Shown piece after piece: positions 18,451-27,384 of a DNA stretch of 64,000 bases. The stretch spans positions 4-64,003 of the forward strand of contig JAKISI010000009.1 of NCBI GenBank assembly GCA_021648685.1, written 5' to 3'. Source of the stretch: Candidatus Polarisedimenticolaceae bacterium (GTDB taxonomy: Bacteria > Pseudomonadota > Gammaproteobacteria > Chromatiales > Chromatiaceae). A program made the position numbers and the translations under genes. Under the pieces are notes generated by a model that had not been told where the DNA came from, searched no databases, and saw nothing but the letters and a program-made list of their open reading frames with translations. The first letter of the stretch is position 1. Every line of letters starts with the position of its first letter.

Positions 18451-18774
18451 ATGAAAAAAACCATTATCGCATTGGCTGCTGCCGGTATGGTGGTATTCGG
18501 AATGAACGCCCAGGCCCGTTCTGGTGAAGAGGTATACAACGCTGTATGCAAAAACTGTCATGATGCTCCAATGGCAGCAGCGGTTATGTCTCCAGAAGTC
18601 GGCAACAAAGAGCAATGGGCTCCGCGTATCGCCAAAGGTGCAGATGCGCTCTATGACGTAGCCATCAACGGCTCCAAGGTCAACCCTGCAATGACCCCTC
18701 GTGGTACCTGCCCGGATTGTACTGATGATGAACTGAAGGCTGCTGTTGATTACATGATCGAAAAGAGCCAGTAA
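18451..18774 (+). CDS. Cytochrome c5-type monohaem cytochrome
   Basis: Signal peptide, a single CKNCH haem motif, a PAMTPRG distal Met region and a CPDC disulfide pair, typical of cytochrome c5. Confidence 0.85.
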   Translation: MKKTIIALAAAGMVVFGMNAQARSGEEVYNAVCKNCHDAPMAAAVMSPEVGNKEQWAPRIAKGADALYDVAINGSKVNPAMTPRGTCPDCTDDELKAAVDYMIEKSQ

Positions 18775-18784
18775 GTCGTCTATG

Positions 18785-18845
18785 TAAGACTACCATCTGA
18801 TAGTCTTATCGAAAGGCCGGCGTTCATTGAACGGCGGCCTTTTTT
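18785..18845 (+). terminator. Two hairpins plus a T-run after the cytochrome c5 gene
   Basis: TAAGACTA/TAGTCTTA (18785-18808, perfect 8 bp). Then AAAGGCCGGCGTT...AACGGCGGCCTTT (one mismatch), followed by TTTTTT (18840-18845). Confidence 0.6.
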
Positions 18846-18902
18846 GTGCCTGCCTGAAAATATTGATTCCTGTCTGCGCAGCAATCCTCTATAAATGAGG
18901 GT

Positions 18903-19226
18903 ATGCCCCCAATAAATCTTTTTTCTGCACTCCCTGGTCTATCCCAGGGCGAGCATTTTGAAGAGCTGCTGCGCCACCGCAATATTGTGATTGAGCGCAT
19001 CGTCAGCACCGATAGCATCAAAGCCAGAATCTACAACCAGCCACAGGATGAGTGGGTGGCTCTACTGCAAGGAGAGGCTCGACTGGAGCTGGATGGCAAA
19101 GAGATCACCCTGCACCGCGGGGAGAGCTGCTTCATCCCCGCCCACACCCCGCACCAGGTGATTGCCACCTCAACCGAGCCACGCTGCATCTGGCTGGCCA
19201 TACATATCTTTGCGGATAAACAGTGA
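18903..19226 (+). CDS. Cupin-domain protein
   Basis: 107 aa with EWVALLQGEARLELDGKEITLHRGESCFIPAHTPHQV, a cupin beta-barrel pattern. Its stop overlaps the dctQ start (GTGA). Confidence 0.65.
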   Translation: MPPINLFSALPGLSQGEHFEELLRHRNIVIERIVSTDSIKARIYNQPQDEWVALLQGEARLELDGKEITLHRGESCFIPAHTPHQVIATSTEPRCIWLAIHIFADKQ

Positions 19227-19717
19227 TAAACCGCTCACTTCTGCAACGCACCCAACAGCGCATCCTGACCATTGAGAATGGCCTGCTGGTGCTGTTGCTG
19301 ACCGGCATGATCCTGCTCGCAACCCTGCAGATCGTGCTGCGCAACGGCTGGTCTACCGGCCTGAGCTGGGCGGATCCTGCCCTGCGTGTGGCGGTACTCT
19401 GGATCACCCTTTTGGGGGCAATGGCCGCCACACGGGATAACAATCACATCAAGATTGATCTCTTGGCCCGCTTTCTGCCAGCGCAGCTGAAGAGCTATAT
19501 GCAACTGGCAACCGACCTCTTCAGCGCCTTTATCTGTGGGCTGCTGGCCTGGCATGGTGGCCGCTTTGTCTACTTTGAGTGGCAGGATGGGAGCATCCTG
19601 TTTGCCTCTGTCCCGGCCTGGGCGTGTGAGCTGATTATCCCGCTGGGGTTTGGCGTGATGGCACTGCGCTTTCTGCTATCCGCGCTGTTACAGATCAGAC
19701 CCCAGGGGATGAAATGA
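19223..19717 (+). CDS. dctQ: TRAP transporter small permease (DctQ)
   Basis: 164 aa, 4 TM, and LLGAMAATRDNNHIKIDLL typical of DctQ. GTG start overlaps the cupin stop. Confidence 0.8.
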   Translation: MINRSLLQRTQQRILTIENGLLVLLLTGMILLATLQIVLRNGWSTGLSWADPALRVAVLWITLLGAMAATRDNNHIKIDLLARFLPAQLKSYMQLATDLFSAFICGLLAWHGGRFVYFEWQDGSILFASVPAWACELIIPLGFGVMALRFLLSALLQIRPQGMK

Positions 19718-20985
19718 TCCTGACCGGGCTACTGCTGATCTTTCTGGCACTGCTGGGCACCCCACTGTTTATCATTATTGCAGCCAGTGCGCTGCTGGGG
19801 TTTTACCACTCGGAGATCGACCTCTCCGTAGTCACCATCGAGTTCTACCGCATCGCAGAGATGCCGGTGCTGCTGGCCATTCCACTCTTTACCTTTGCCG
19901 GTTATCTGCTGAGCGAGAGCCAGGCACCCCAGCGGCTGGTGCGTGTGACCCATGCCCTGCTGGGGTGGCTGCCCGGGGGGCTAGCGGTTGTCTCACTGGT
20001 CGCCTGCGCACTCTTTACCGCCTTTACCGGCGCTTCCGGTGTCACTATTGTGGCGCTGGGGGCGCTGCTCTACCCGGCATTGGTTCAGGCAGGCTACCAA
20101 CAGAATTTCAGCCTGGGGCTGGTGACCACCTCTGGCAGCCTGGGGCTGCTCTTTGCCCCGGCTCTGCCTCTGATCCTCTATGCCGTCATCGCCCAACAGC
20201 TGGGGATAGGCGATGGCATCACGGTAGAGAATATGTTTCTGGCCGGGGTTCTGCCTGGGCTGCTGATGCTGACCATGCTGGCAGCCTGGAGCATCTGGTC
20301 CAGTCGCAATCAGCCGCTATCAACCTTCTCATGGGCAGAAGCAGGTGCCGCCCTGCGTGAGGCGGCCTGGGAGATACCTCTGCCCGTGGTGGTACTGGGC
20401 GGCGTCTATAGTGGCTATTTTGCCATCTCAGAGGCCGCCGCTGTGACCGCCTTCTATGTGCTGGTGGTGGAGGTGCTGATCCATCGTGAGATCCACCCGA
20501 GGGATCTGCCAAAGATCATGCGCGAGGCGATGGTGCTGGTCGGCGGCATCCTGGTGATTCTTGGCATGTCTCTGGCCTCAACCAGCTATCTCATCGACGC
20601 CGAGGTTCCCTCCCGTCTGTTTGAGACCATTCGTGAGCTGGTGACGGACAAGCTCACCTTTCTGATCCTGCTCAACCTGTTCCTGCTGATCCTGGGCACC
20701 ATGCTGGATATCTTCTCTGCCCTGGTATTGATTGTGCCACTGCTGCTGCCGATTGCACTGGGATATGGCATCGACCCGGTGCATCTGGGCATCATCTTTC
20801 TGGCCAATATGCAGATTGGCTATTTCACGCCGCCGGTTGGCATGAACCTGTTTATTGCCAGCTACCGTTTTAAGAAGCCTATTTTGCAACTCTACCGCGC
20901 CACCCTGCCCTGGTTTCTGATTCTGTTGCTGGCCGTGCTGATCATTACCTACTGGCCCGCATTGTCACTGGTTTTGGTGCGATGA
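19714..20985 (+). CDS. dctM: TRAP transporter large permease (DctM)
   Basis: 423 aa, ~12 TM, ending in ...IFLANMQIGYFTPPVGMNLF, a typical DctM segment. ATGA overlap with dctQ. Confidence 0.9.
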   Translation: MILTGLLLIFLALLGTPLFIIIAASALLGFYHSEIDLSVVTIEFYRIAEMPVLLAIPLFTFAGYLLSESQAPQRLVRVTHALLGWLPGGLAVVSLVACALFTAFTGASGVTIVALGALLYPALVQAGYQQNFSLGLVTTSGSLGLLFAPALPLILYAVIAQQLGIGDGITVENMFLAGVLPGLLMLTMLAAWSIWSSRNQPLSTFSWAEAGAALREAAWEIPLPVVVLGGVYSGYFAISEAAAVTAFYVLVVEVLIHREIHPRDLPKIMREAMVLVGGILVILGMSLASTSYLIDAEVPSRLFETIRELVTDKLTFLILLNLFLLILGTMLDIFSALVLIVPLLLPIALGYGIDPVHLGIIFLANMQIGYFTPPVGMNLFIASYRFKKPILQLYRATLPWFLILLLAVLIITYWPALSLVLVR

Positions 20986-21644
20986 CTCTTTCTATCATGC
21001 AGGCGGGTAATGAACCGTGGCAGATAGGCCATGATGACCAATAACCCCAGTGCGATCAGCAATTTTTGGATCAGCGCCTCCCCGCCTGTCAGCGCCTCCT
21101 TCCCCACATACCCCAGATAGGTGATAGCCGCCACGCCCGGCAGGCTACAGATAAAGGTCGTCACGATATAGGGATAGAAGCTGATCCGCGTCAGCCCCAA
21201 GGCGTAGTTGAGCAGGAAAAAGGGGAAGATGGGCACCAGACGGACAAAGGCCACGAAGCGCCACCCCTCTGCCTCCACACCATCCATCAGCTGTTTGAAG
21301 CGGCCACGACTCTTGCGGACAATCCAGTCCGCGGCAATATAGCGTGCGATCAGAAAGGCCAGTGCTGCCCCCAGGGTGGCGCCGAAAAGCGAATAGAGGG
21401 TTCCCAGCAGCGGCCCGAACAGTACCCCACCCACCAGCACGAAAAGAGAGCCTGGCACCAATAAAACCGTAGCCGCAGCAGCAAATAGCATATAGACCGC
21501 AGGGGCGTAATAGCCCGTGCTGCCCACCCAGGATTCAAACTGCTCAACATCAAACTCACCATAGTGCGTTACAACCCAGCCCGCCGCCCCCAGCAGCAGA
21601 ACCAGCAGTGCAATACGTCTGATTTTATTACCGCTTAATTGCAT
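20949..21644 (-). CDS. TVP38/TMEM64 (DedA-related) membrane protein
   Basis: FVRLVPIFPFFLLNYALGLTRISFYPYIVTTFICSLPG is the family signature. The 3' end overlaps the dctM 3' end by 37 nt (convergent). Confidence 0.8.
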   Translation of the reverse strand: MQLSGNKIRRIALLVLLLGAAGWVVTHYGEFDVEQFESWVGSTGYYAPAVYMLFAAAATVLLVPGSLFVLVGGVLFGPLLGTLYSLFGATLGAALAFLIARYIAADWIVRKSRGRFKQLMDGVEAEGWRFVAFVRLVPIFPFFLLNYALGLTRISFYPYIVTTFICSLPGVAAITYLGYVGKEALTGGEALIQKLLIALGLLVIMAYLPRFITRLHDRKSHRTKTSDNAGQ

Positions 21645-21696
21645 TGCAAAACCAACCTGCTACAGTGGATTCAATGCACACCACCAAGCCCAATGA

Positions 21697-23682
21697 ATGA
21701 CCGCTTTGCCATTTAACAGGCTGTTGCCCGCCGCGCTGATCTGGGTGACTGCCGCTTTTCTGCTGCATGAACTTTGCTCGCTCGATGTCTGGTGGCATCT
21801 GGTGATTGGCAGGGATATTCTGCAAACCCTTCAGGTTCCCGAGTTGAATATCTACTCTGCGGGCGCCCTCAATCAACCCTACCATGATTCACACTGGCTG
21901 TTTCAGGTTGCACTGGCCATCACCCATGCTGTGGCGGGACTCAATGGCCCGATACTGTTCATGATGCTGCTCTGGGGGGCGACGCTGTTTATCATCTACC
22001 GCGAAACTCATCTCTATAGCGGCACCGCTGCGGCTGTTTTTATCACTTTTTTGGTGATGGGAGCATCGGCAGAGCGATTTCTGCCCCGCCCTGAGATCAT
22101 CACCTTTCTGATGATCCCCCTCTTCTACAGTCTGCTGCGACAGGCCCGGTACCAGTCACCCGCCCAGATCGCCCTTTTCGTGGCACTACAGATCATCTGG
22201 GTCAACAGCCATGGCCTATTTGTGATCGGCCCCTTTATGGTAGGCTGTTACTGGCTGGTTCATCTTATCTACGCCGTTCGCAAGCAAGAGAACCATCTCC
22301 GCCAACTCTCCATTTTGCTGCTGCTGATCGGTCTCAGTCTGCTGGCTTCACCCTATGGCTCAGGCGCACTAGAGTACAGCTTTCTGCTATTCAGTGAAGT
22401 GGGCAAGGATGCCCCTGAATACATGCAGGCAGTGAATGAACTAAGCCCCACCTTTGGCGAGGCGGCGATGAACGCCTCCGCCTTCTGGTTTTTTGCTGCC
22501 CTTATGCTGCTGGTGCTGCTCTCCATAGCCCTCAATCCAAGGCAGGTCTCTGTTCCACGGCTGCTCATTGTCGGCGCACTCTGCCTGGCCGCCTTCACCG
22601 GGCGGCGCAACATCGTGCTGTTTGCACTGGTCGCCGCCCCTTTTGTGGGGGAGCAGCTTGCCGGTCGGCTATCCCAACTTGCACTCAAGCCCGCCATGGC
22701 GCAATTCCTGAAAGGGGCGCTGCTGGCCGCCCTGCTGGCATGGAGCAGTTATCCGCTCTCTGGAGCCTATTATCTTGATATGGAGATCCCCGCCCGTGCC
22801 GGATTGGGCGTAACCCCCAACTTCTTCCCGCACAGGCTGCCCGACTTTATCCGGCAACATAATATTCAGGGGCAGGTCTACAACACCAATCGCCTCGGCG
22901 GCTTCTATCTCTATCACCTCTACCCCGAGCGAATCCCCTTTATGGATGGCCGCTGGGAGATCTATGGCGCACCCTTTTTTATGGCCAAACAGGCTGCACT
23001 ACAGAGCTTCCCCGCATGGCAGCGGTGGGTTGAAAAGTATAAAGTCCAGTCTGCACTGCTGCACCACAGCTCCCCGGAATCCAGACTGCTGGCTCCGGCG
23101 CTCTACCAACACCCCGACTGGTCACTGGTCTACTATGATTTTGCCGCCTCATACTTTGTAAAAAACAGCGCACGGGGCAGCGCAGCACCCATTATCTTCA
23201 ACAGCGACTCTGCGCTGCCAGCAGGAGAGAACGTACGCCCCGACAGCCGCTTCATATTGAATGCCTTCTATCGCAACATGGGACTAAAATCACAACTGCT
23301 CGCCAACCTGGAGCAACTTCTTCCCACCGGATTACATCAGCAAAAGATACTGTTCGAGATGGCAAAGAGCAGTCTGGAGCTGAACCGTACCGAGCAGGCA
23401 ATAACATATTATCTGCAACTGCTTGAGGATGATGGCTCGCACACGGAAGCACTTTCTGACCTATCCTTCATCTATTATCAGAAACAGCAGTTTTCAACAT
23501 CACTGAAATACTCAAAACAGGCCGTCAGCAGCGCCCCTGGGAATCTGGATGTGCGATTCAATCACAGCCTGGTTCTTGTGGCACTGGACCGTAAACAGGA
23601 TGCCGTTGCTGAGCTCAATAAAATCCTGGCCATCAACCCCAATTACGCCAAGGCAAAATATCTGCAGCAGCAGATAAGATAG
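21697..23682 (+). CDS. Polytopic membrane protein with C-terminal TPR repeats (possible GT-C-like glycosyltransferase)
   Basis: 661 aa. The first ~380 aa form ~10-12 TM helices. The C-terminus has TPR-like repeats (AITYYLQLLEDDG...ALSDLSFIYYQKQQF..SLKYSKQAV...AELNKILAINPNYAKAKYL). A GT2 gene lies immediately downstream. The functional call is inference. Confidence 0.55.
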   Translation: MTALPFNRLLPAALIWVTAAFLLHELCSLDVWWHLVIGRDILQTLQVPELNIYSAGALNQPYHDSHWLFQVALAITHAVAGLNGPILFMMLLWGATLFIIYRETHLYSGTAAAVFITFLVMGASAERFLPRPEIITFLMIPLFYSLLRQARYQSPAQIALFVALQIIWVNSHGLFVIGPFMVGCYWLVHLIYAVRKQENHLRQLSILLLLIGLSLLASPYGSGALEYSFLLFSEVGKDAPEYMQAVNELSPTFGEAAMNASAFWFFAALMLLVLLSIALNPRQVSVPRLLIVGALCLAAFTGRRNIVLFALVAAPFVGEQLAGRLSQLALKPAMAQFLKGALLAALLAWSSYPLSGAYYLDMEIPARAGLGVTPNFFPHRLPDFIRQHNIQGQVYNTNRLGGFYLYHLYPERIPFMDGRWEIYGAPFFMAKQAALQSFPAWQRWVEKYKVQSALLHHSSPESRLLAPALYQHPDWSLVYYDFAASYFVKNSARGSAAPIIFNSDSALPAGENVRPDSRFILNAFYRNMGLKSQLLANLEQLLPTGLHQQKILFEMAKSSLELNRTEQAITYYLQLLEDDGSHTEALSDLSFIYYQKQQFSTSLKYSKQAVSSAPGNLDVRFNHSLVLVALDRKQDAVAELNKILAINPNYAKAKYLQQQIR

Positions 23683-23691
23683 ACAACCATC

Positions 23692-24450
23692 ATGATCCAC
23701 GGCAAACGAGTGACAGTGGTAATGCCAGCATATAACGCTGAGGCCACACTAAGGCAGACATACGGCGAGGTGGATTTTGCCTTTGTTGATGATGTGATAC
23801 TGGTTGATGATGCCAGCTCAGACCATACAGTACACATTGCCAAAGAGCTGGGGCTAAAGACCATCGTGCATCCCAAAAACCAGGGGTACGGCGCCAATCA
23901 GAAGACCTGTTACCAGGCCGCCCTGGATCAGGGTGCAGATGTCATCATCATGCTGCACCCGGACTATCAGTACACGCCCAGGCTGTTGGTGGCCATGGCT
24001 TCGATGGTGGCCGTTGGTGTATATGATGCAGTTCTTGGCTCAAGAATCCTGACAGAGGGGGCACTGAAGGGGGGTATGCCACCCTATAAATATATCGCAA
24101 ACCGGGCGCTGACCCTGTTCCAAAACACCCTGATGTTAAAAAAACTCTCTGAATACCACACCGGCTATCGCGCCTTCTCCCGCAAGGTTTTAGAGACCCT
24201 GCCACTGAACGAAAATTCAGATGATTTTGTATTTGACAACCAGATGCTGGCACAGATCGCCTACTTTGGCTTCTCGATTGGCGAGCTATCCTGCCCCACG
24301 AAATACTTTAAAGAGGCCTCCTCCATCAATTTTCAGCGCAGTGTGGTCTATGGTTTGGGAGTGGTCCATACCTCGATACTCTACCGGCTAAACAGGTGGG
24401 GCATTGTCCAGAGTCCCATCTTTGATGCGGCAGGTCGCAAGCTGGGCTGA
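23692..24450 (+). CDS. Family 2 glycosyltransferase (polyprenyl-phosphate sugar synthase-like)
   Basis: [11 protein letters not shown]...[12 protein letters not shown]...[10 protein letters not shown]...[12 protein letters not shown] is a classic GT2 (DxD/ED) layout. Confidence 0.85.
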   Translation: MIHGKRVTVVMPAYNAEATLRQTYGEVDFAFVDDVILVDDASSDHTVHIAKELGLKTIVHPKNQGYGANQKTCYQAALDQGADVIIMLHPDYQYTPRLLVAMASMVAVGVYDAVLGSRILTEGALKGGMPPYKYIANRALTLFQNTLMLKKLSEYHTGYRAFSRKVLETLPLNENSDDFVFDNQMLAQIAYFGFSIGELSCPTKYFKEASSINFQRSVVYGLGVVHTSILYRLNRWGIVQSPIFDAAGRKLG

Positions 24451-24456
24451 CAACTC

Positions 24457-24479
24457 ATTGCATCAGAAACTGATGCAAT
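24457..24479 (+). terminator. Hairpin after the GT2 gene
   Basis: ATTGCATCAG-AAA-CTGATGCAAT: a perfect 10-bp stem 7 nt after the stop. The downstream tract is only weakly T-rich (ATATAT). Confidence 0.4.
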
Positions 24480-24750
24480 ATATCCGCTACAGATGGCAAG
24501 AAGGGGCAAACCCTAAATTGGGATTTAAAATCCTGAACCCCGCCATAGGCTAATACCCAAAAAATCTACGCTCTGGGTGCCTGCCAATGGAGCAATCGCT
24601 GCTAAACCCTCAGGTTTTATAATAGTTTTCACCCCTCTGCCATGAACGAAGTCCACTCTGCTTTTGGCTCAACTCAGACCCACTTCATATTGGACTCGGC
24701 ACAAGCACCAAAACCGGAAATCTTCTGCTATGCTGAAGGTGCTTATTATG

Positions 24751-25027
24751 ATCCTAGATTCCGCAGTTGACCGCTTTGAGGATGTATCAACATATTGATG
24801 TACTTAATATTTTTCACTTTTATCCAGTGCCCAAAGCACTCGCTACGCTCATGGGGCAGGCTCCTCACCTGCTGGATGAACCACGCTACGGGGCGGATTG
24901 CACGCTTGTGGCGGCGCATGGCCGCGTTGCAACTCCCTGGAATAGATCAACTATTCTACGTCGTTGCGCCTTGCCCTGCACCCTCACAAGCGCACACTCC
25001 ACCCCGTCCAACTGCGGATTCTAGGAT
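24751..25027. mobile_element. 277-bp MITE-like element with 19-bp terminal inverted repeats
   Basis: ATCCTAGATTCCGCAGTTG (24751-24769) versus the reverse complement of CAACTGCGGATTCTAGGAT (25009-25027) matches 18/19. The interior has no credible gene and contains GC-rich hairpin-prone segments. Confidence 0.45.
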
Positions 25028-25137
25028 GATTGTAAACGTAAAAACTGTTGCATGCTGTCGGGTCTACCCAAATGGAAATCCGGGATATCATATCGGCACG
25101 ATGCACTGTTTGTCTCCCTGCAGGCTATACAACAATA

Positions 25138-25689
25138 ATGGAGGGCTTGGTGCAAAAGATTGATCCCTACTGGGCCGCTACTCTGCGGTTTAAAATGATC
25201 TCCAGGATTACTTTGGCGACCATGCTTGCGGCTGGGTTGGTGCTGCTTGCTGCACTGCTGTTTTTTAAAAATGAACAGGGGTTCGATTACCTTGGTTTAG
25301 TGCAATCTTATACGGTTACTGCAAAAAACCTGGATGCAATGCTGATAATAGCGGGGCTGTTCCTGCTGTTTTGTGTCGGCGCTGCATCCTGGGTGCTGAC
25401 ACTATATGCCAGCTTTAGAATCGCTGGACCGCTGTTTCGAATAGCCAGAAATCTTGAATCCGCATCAAACAGCCGAGACCTCCCAGGCATCCGCAAAAGA
25501 GACTGCCTGCAAGATGTTTCGCAGCAGCTGCAAACGGCTGTGAACATGCTGCATGACCACTACGCCTGCATAGGCTCGATGCTTGATCACCTTGAGCAAG
25601 AGCTATTAAAGGAGGCAAAGGATAAAGACGCAATAAAATCATATATTAACGCATTAAAAAATGACGTGCATCGTGTTCGATTGGGTTAG
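25138..25689 (+). CDS. 2-TM membrane protein with HAMP-like segment (start uncertain: 25048/25072/25138/25195)
   Basis: TM1 ITLATMLAAGLVLLAALLFF; TM2 LIIAGLFLLFCVGAASWVLTLY, followed directly by ASFRIAGPLFRIARNLE (HAMP-like AS1), then a helical tail. No output domain. Confidence 0.5.
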   Translation: MEGLVQKIDPYWAATLRFKMISRITLATMLAAGLVLLAALLFFKNEQGFDYLGLVQSYTVTAKNLDAMLIIAGLFLLFCVGAASWVLTLYASFRIAGPLFRIARNLESASNSRDLPGIRKRDCLQDVSQQLQTAVNMLHDHYACIGSMLDHLEQELLKEAKDKDAIKSYINALKNDVHRVRLG

Positions 25690-26461
25690 AGTTTTCCAGG
25701 TGCGAATATATGCACTGCTATTCCTCTGCATCGGTATAGCCCTGGTCTATGGATTGCTTGGCTTTGCCAGTGCAAAAAACCGGCATCTGGACTCCACAGG
25801 GTGCCAGACATGCCACCTTGCTGGAAATGCCGTAACAGCGAATAACGCACATCAGCTTATTGATACGCAGGAGCGCCTCTGCAAAGGGTGCCACGTTGAT
25901 GCACTGGCCGTCAGCCACCCCAGTGGTTTTCAGGCCGGGCGTCTGCTGCCGGCCGAGTACCCCGTAGACTGGAAAGGTGATCTGACCTGTAGCAGCTGTC
26001 ATCTGGTGCATGGCGACAACCCGGGGCTGATGCGCGGCAACAAACGGGGCAAAGAGCTCTGTCTCTCATGCCATGAGATTGAGTTCTTTTATCAAATGGC
26101 AGATGGTGGGGTTTCCGTCCTGAATGGGGTTCATTTGGCTCAGCCCCCAAAGGATTCATTCATAGAGATTCTTGATTCATACAGCCAGCACTGCATGAGC
26201 TGCCATTATGAGAATGTAAGAGAGGTATCAGGTGTTATTTTGGCACATAGCCAGACCACCATGCCGCACCCGGTTGGGGTTCAATATAATGTAAGCGGTA
26301 AAGAGAAATACCATGAGCTGGATTCGCTTTCTGAGAAAATCACACTCCCTGACGGTCAGCTCAGCTGTATAAGCTGCCACCAGGCCTATGATGAAAAGCA
26401 TGGAGAGTTGGTTATGTCTAATAAGGGTTCGGCCCTCTGTTTTCAATGCCACAACATATAA
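25661..26461 (+). CDS. Heptahaem c-type cytochrome with N-terminal signal/anchor
   Basis: Seven CxxCH motifs: CQTCH, CKGCH, CSSCH, CLSCH, CMSCH, CISCH, CFQCH. N-terminal hydrophobic segment IYALLFLCIGIALVYGLLGFASA. An alternative GTG start at 25700 would remove the overlap with the upstream gene. Confidence 0.8.
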   Translation: MTCIVFDWVRVFQVRIYALLFLCIGIALVYGLLGFASAKNRHLDSTGCQTCHLAGNAVTANNAHQLIDTQERLCKGCHVDALAVSHPSGFQAGRLLPAEYPVDWKGDLTCSSCHLVHGDNPGLMRGNKRGKELCLSCHEIEFFYQMADGGVSVLNGVHLAQPPKDSFIEILDSYSQHCMSCHYENVREVSGVILAHSQTTMPHPVGVQYNVSGKEKYHELDSLSEKITLPDGQLSCISCHQAYDEKHGELVMSNKGSALCFQCHNI

Positions 26462-27063
26462 TCAAACTAAAAACACCCAAACGGGATAAGCGGCGGCTGC
26501 CACTAAAGCCGCGGGTGCGTGATAGCCGCCGGGTCAGCCGCTATATAGACAGCCGTCTTCAGGGAGGGCTGATTGTAGCTGTTCTATTGTTTGAACTCTT
26601 GCTGATTGTGGCAGGCCTGATGATCCTGCATGACGAGCTGCATCAGGTCGTTGAGGATCAGCTCTTTCGTATTCACCCAGGCGTGCAGGAAGGCATGCCG
26701 ATCCTGGTGCATCATCTTGTATCTGCTATGGGTGTAATTGTTCTGGCCAATGTATCACTGGTCATTGCAATCGAGTGGTTCTGGTCACGCCATGTTGCGA
26801 AGATCATCACCCCTCTAAGAGCTATTTTTGATGCCGTCCGCTTTCTGGATCTACGCCATAAGCCAGAACCAGCCGTTGATCACGATGTGCTAAACAGGGC
26901 GGGGAGCTGGGTGCAGACAGAGCATCTCCGCTGCTCCCGGCTTTTGCGGCTAATGGAAGAGCTGAACCCCGATACAGATACCGACAAAGCGATAAGCCTG
27001 ATTGCAGAGATGCGACAGTGCCTGCCGGACAAACCTGTCACGAATAAAGAACAACCACTTTAG
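26446..27063 (+). CDS. 2-TM membrane protein, same architecture as 25138-25689
   Basis: Basic N-terminus (KRDKRRLPLKPRVRDSRRVSRYIDSRLQ), TM1 GLIVAVLLFELLLIVAGLMIL, TM2 AMGVIVLANVSLVIAIEWFW, then SRHVAKIITPLRAIFDAV and a helical tail. Overlaps the cytochrome gene end by 16 nt. Confidence 0.5.
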   Translation: MPQHIIKLKTPKRDKRRLPLKPRVRDSRRVSRYIDSRLQGGLIVAVLLFELLLIVAGLMILHDELHQVVEDQLFRIHPGVQEGMPILVHHLVSAMGVIVLANVSLVIAIEWFWSRHVAKIITPLRAIFDAVRFLDLRHKPEPAVDHDVLNRAGSWVQTEHLRCSRLLRLMEELNPDTDTDKAISLIAEMRQCLPDKPVTNKEQPL

Positions 27064-27176
27064 GAGTCTATGCCATATCGAGTGGTTCAATGAATAGACA
27101 CAGACGTCTATATGGATATAGGCGTCTGTGTCTATGAAAAATAGCTGCATTCCCCACTCAATATGGCATAGCCTCC
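27063..27176. repeat. 114-bp nested palindrome (outer 23-bp arms enclosing a 42-nt near-perfect palindrome)
   Basis: Outer arms GGAGTCTATGCCATATCGAGTGG (27063-27085) / CCACTCAATATGGCATAGCCTCC (27154-27176) pair 21/23. Inner arms ATAGACACAGACG (27094-27106) / CGTCTGTGTCTAT (27123-27135) pair perfectly and are extended by CTATAT/ATATAG. Confidence 0.7.
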
Positions 27177-27384
27177 ACTTTAGTCTGGCAGGGGCTGACG
27201 AACCCAGCAAGCAACGCAGCTCTTGCCGTGACTCCACGACCCAAACAGACAAAACCTGAAAGCGCCTGTTACTGCTTGAAAACATTTGAGGTAGACGAAC
27301 AGTTGTTCTGAACATAGTAAGGCACAACATGAATTTTCCGGGATATAATGTACCGTTTATCTCCCCCGCAAGCCTGGATTCACC

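Noticed and set aside
24767-25163. Two overlapping plus-strand ORFs (85 and 122 aa) in the GT2-cytochrome intergenic region
   Set aside because: They lie largely inside the inverted-repeat-bounded MITE-like element. They have no RBS or motif, and their Pro/Arg/Ala-rich translation is typical of non-coding GC-rich repeats.
27177-27384. Possible cobalamin or SAM riboswitch upstream of metH
   Set aside because: I could not find a B12-box-like core or the conserved SAM-I/II helices. Such riboswitches normally control metE rather than metH.
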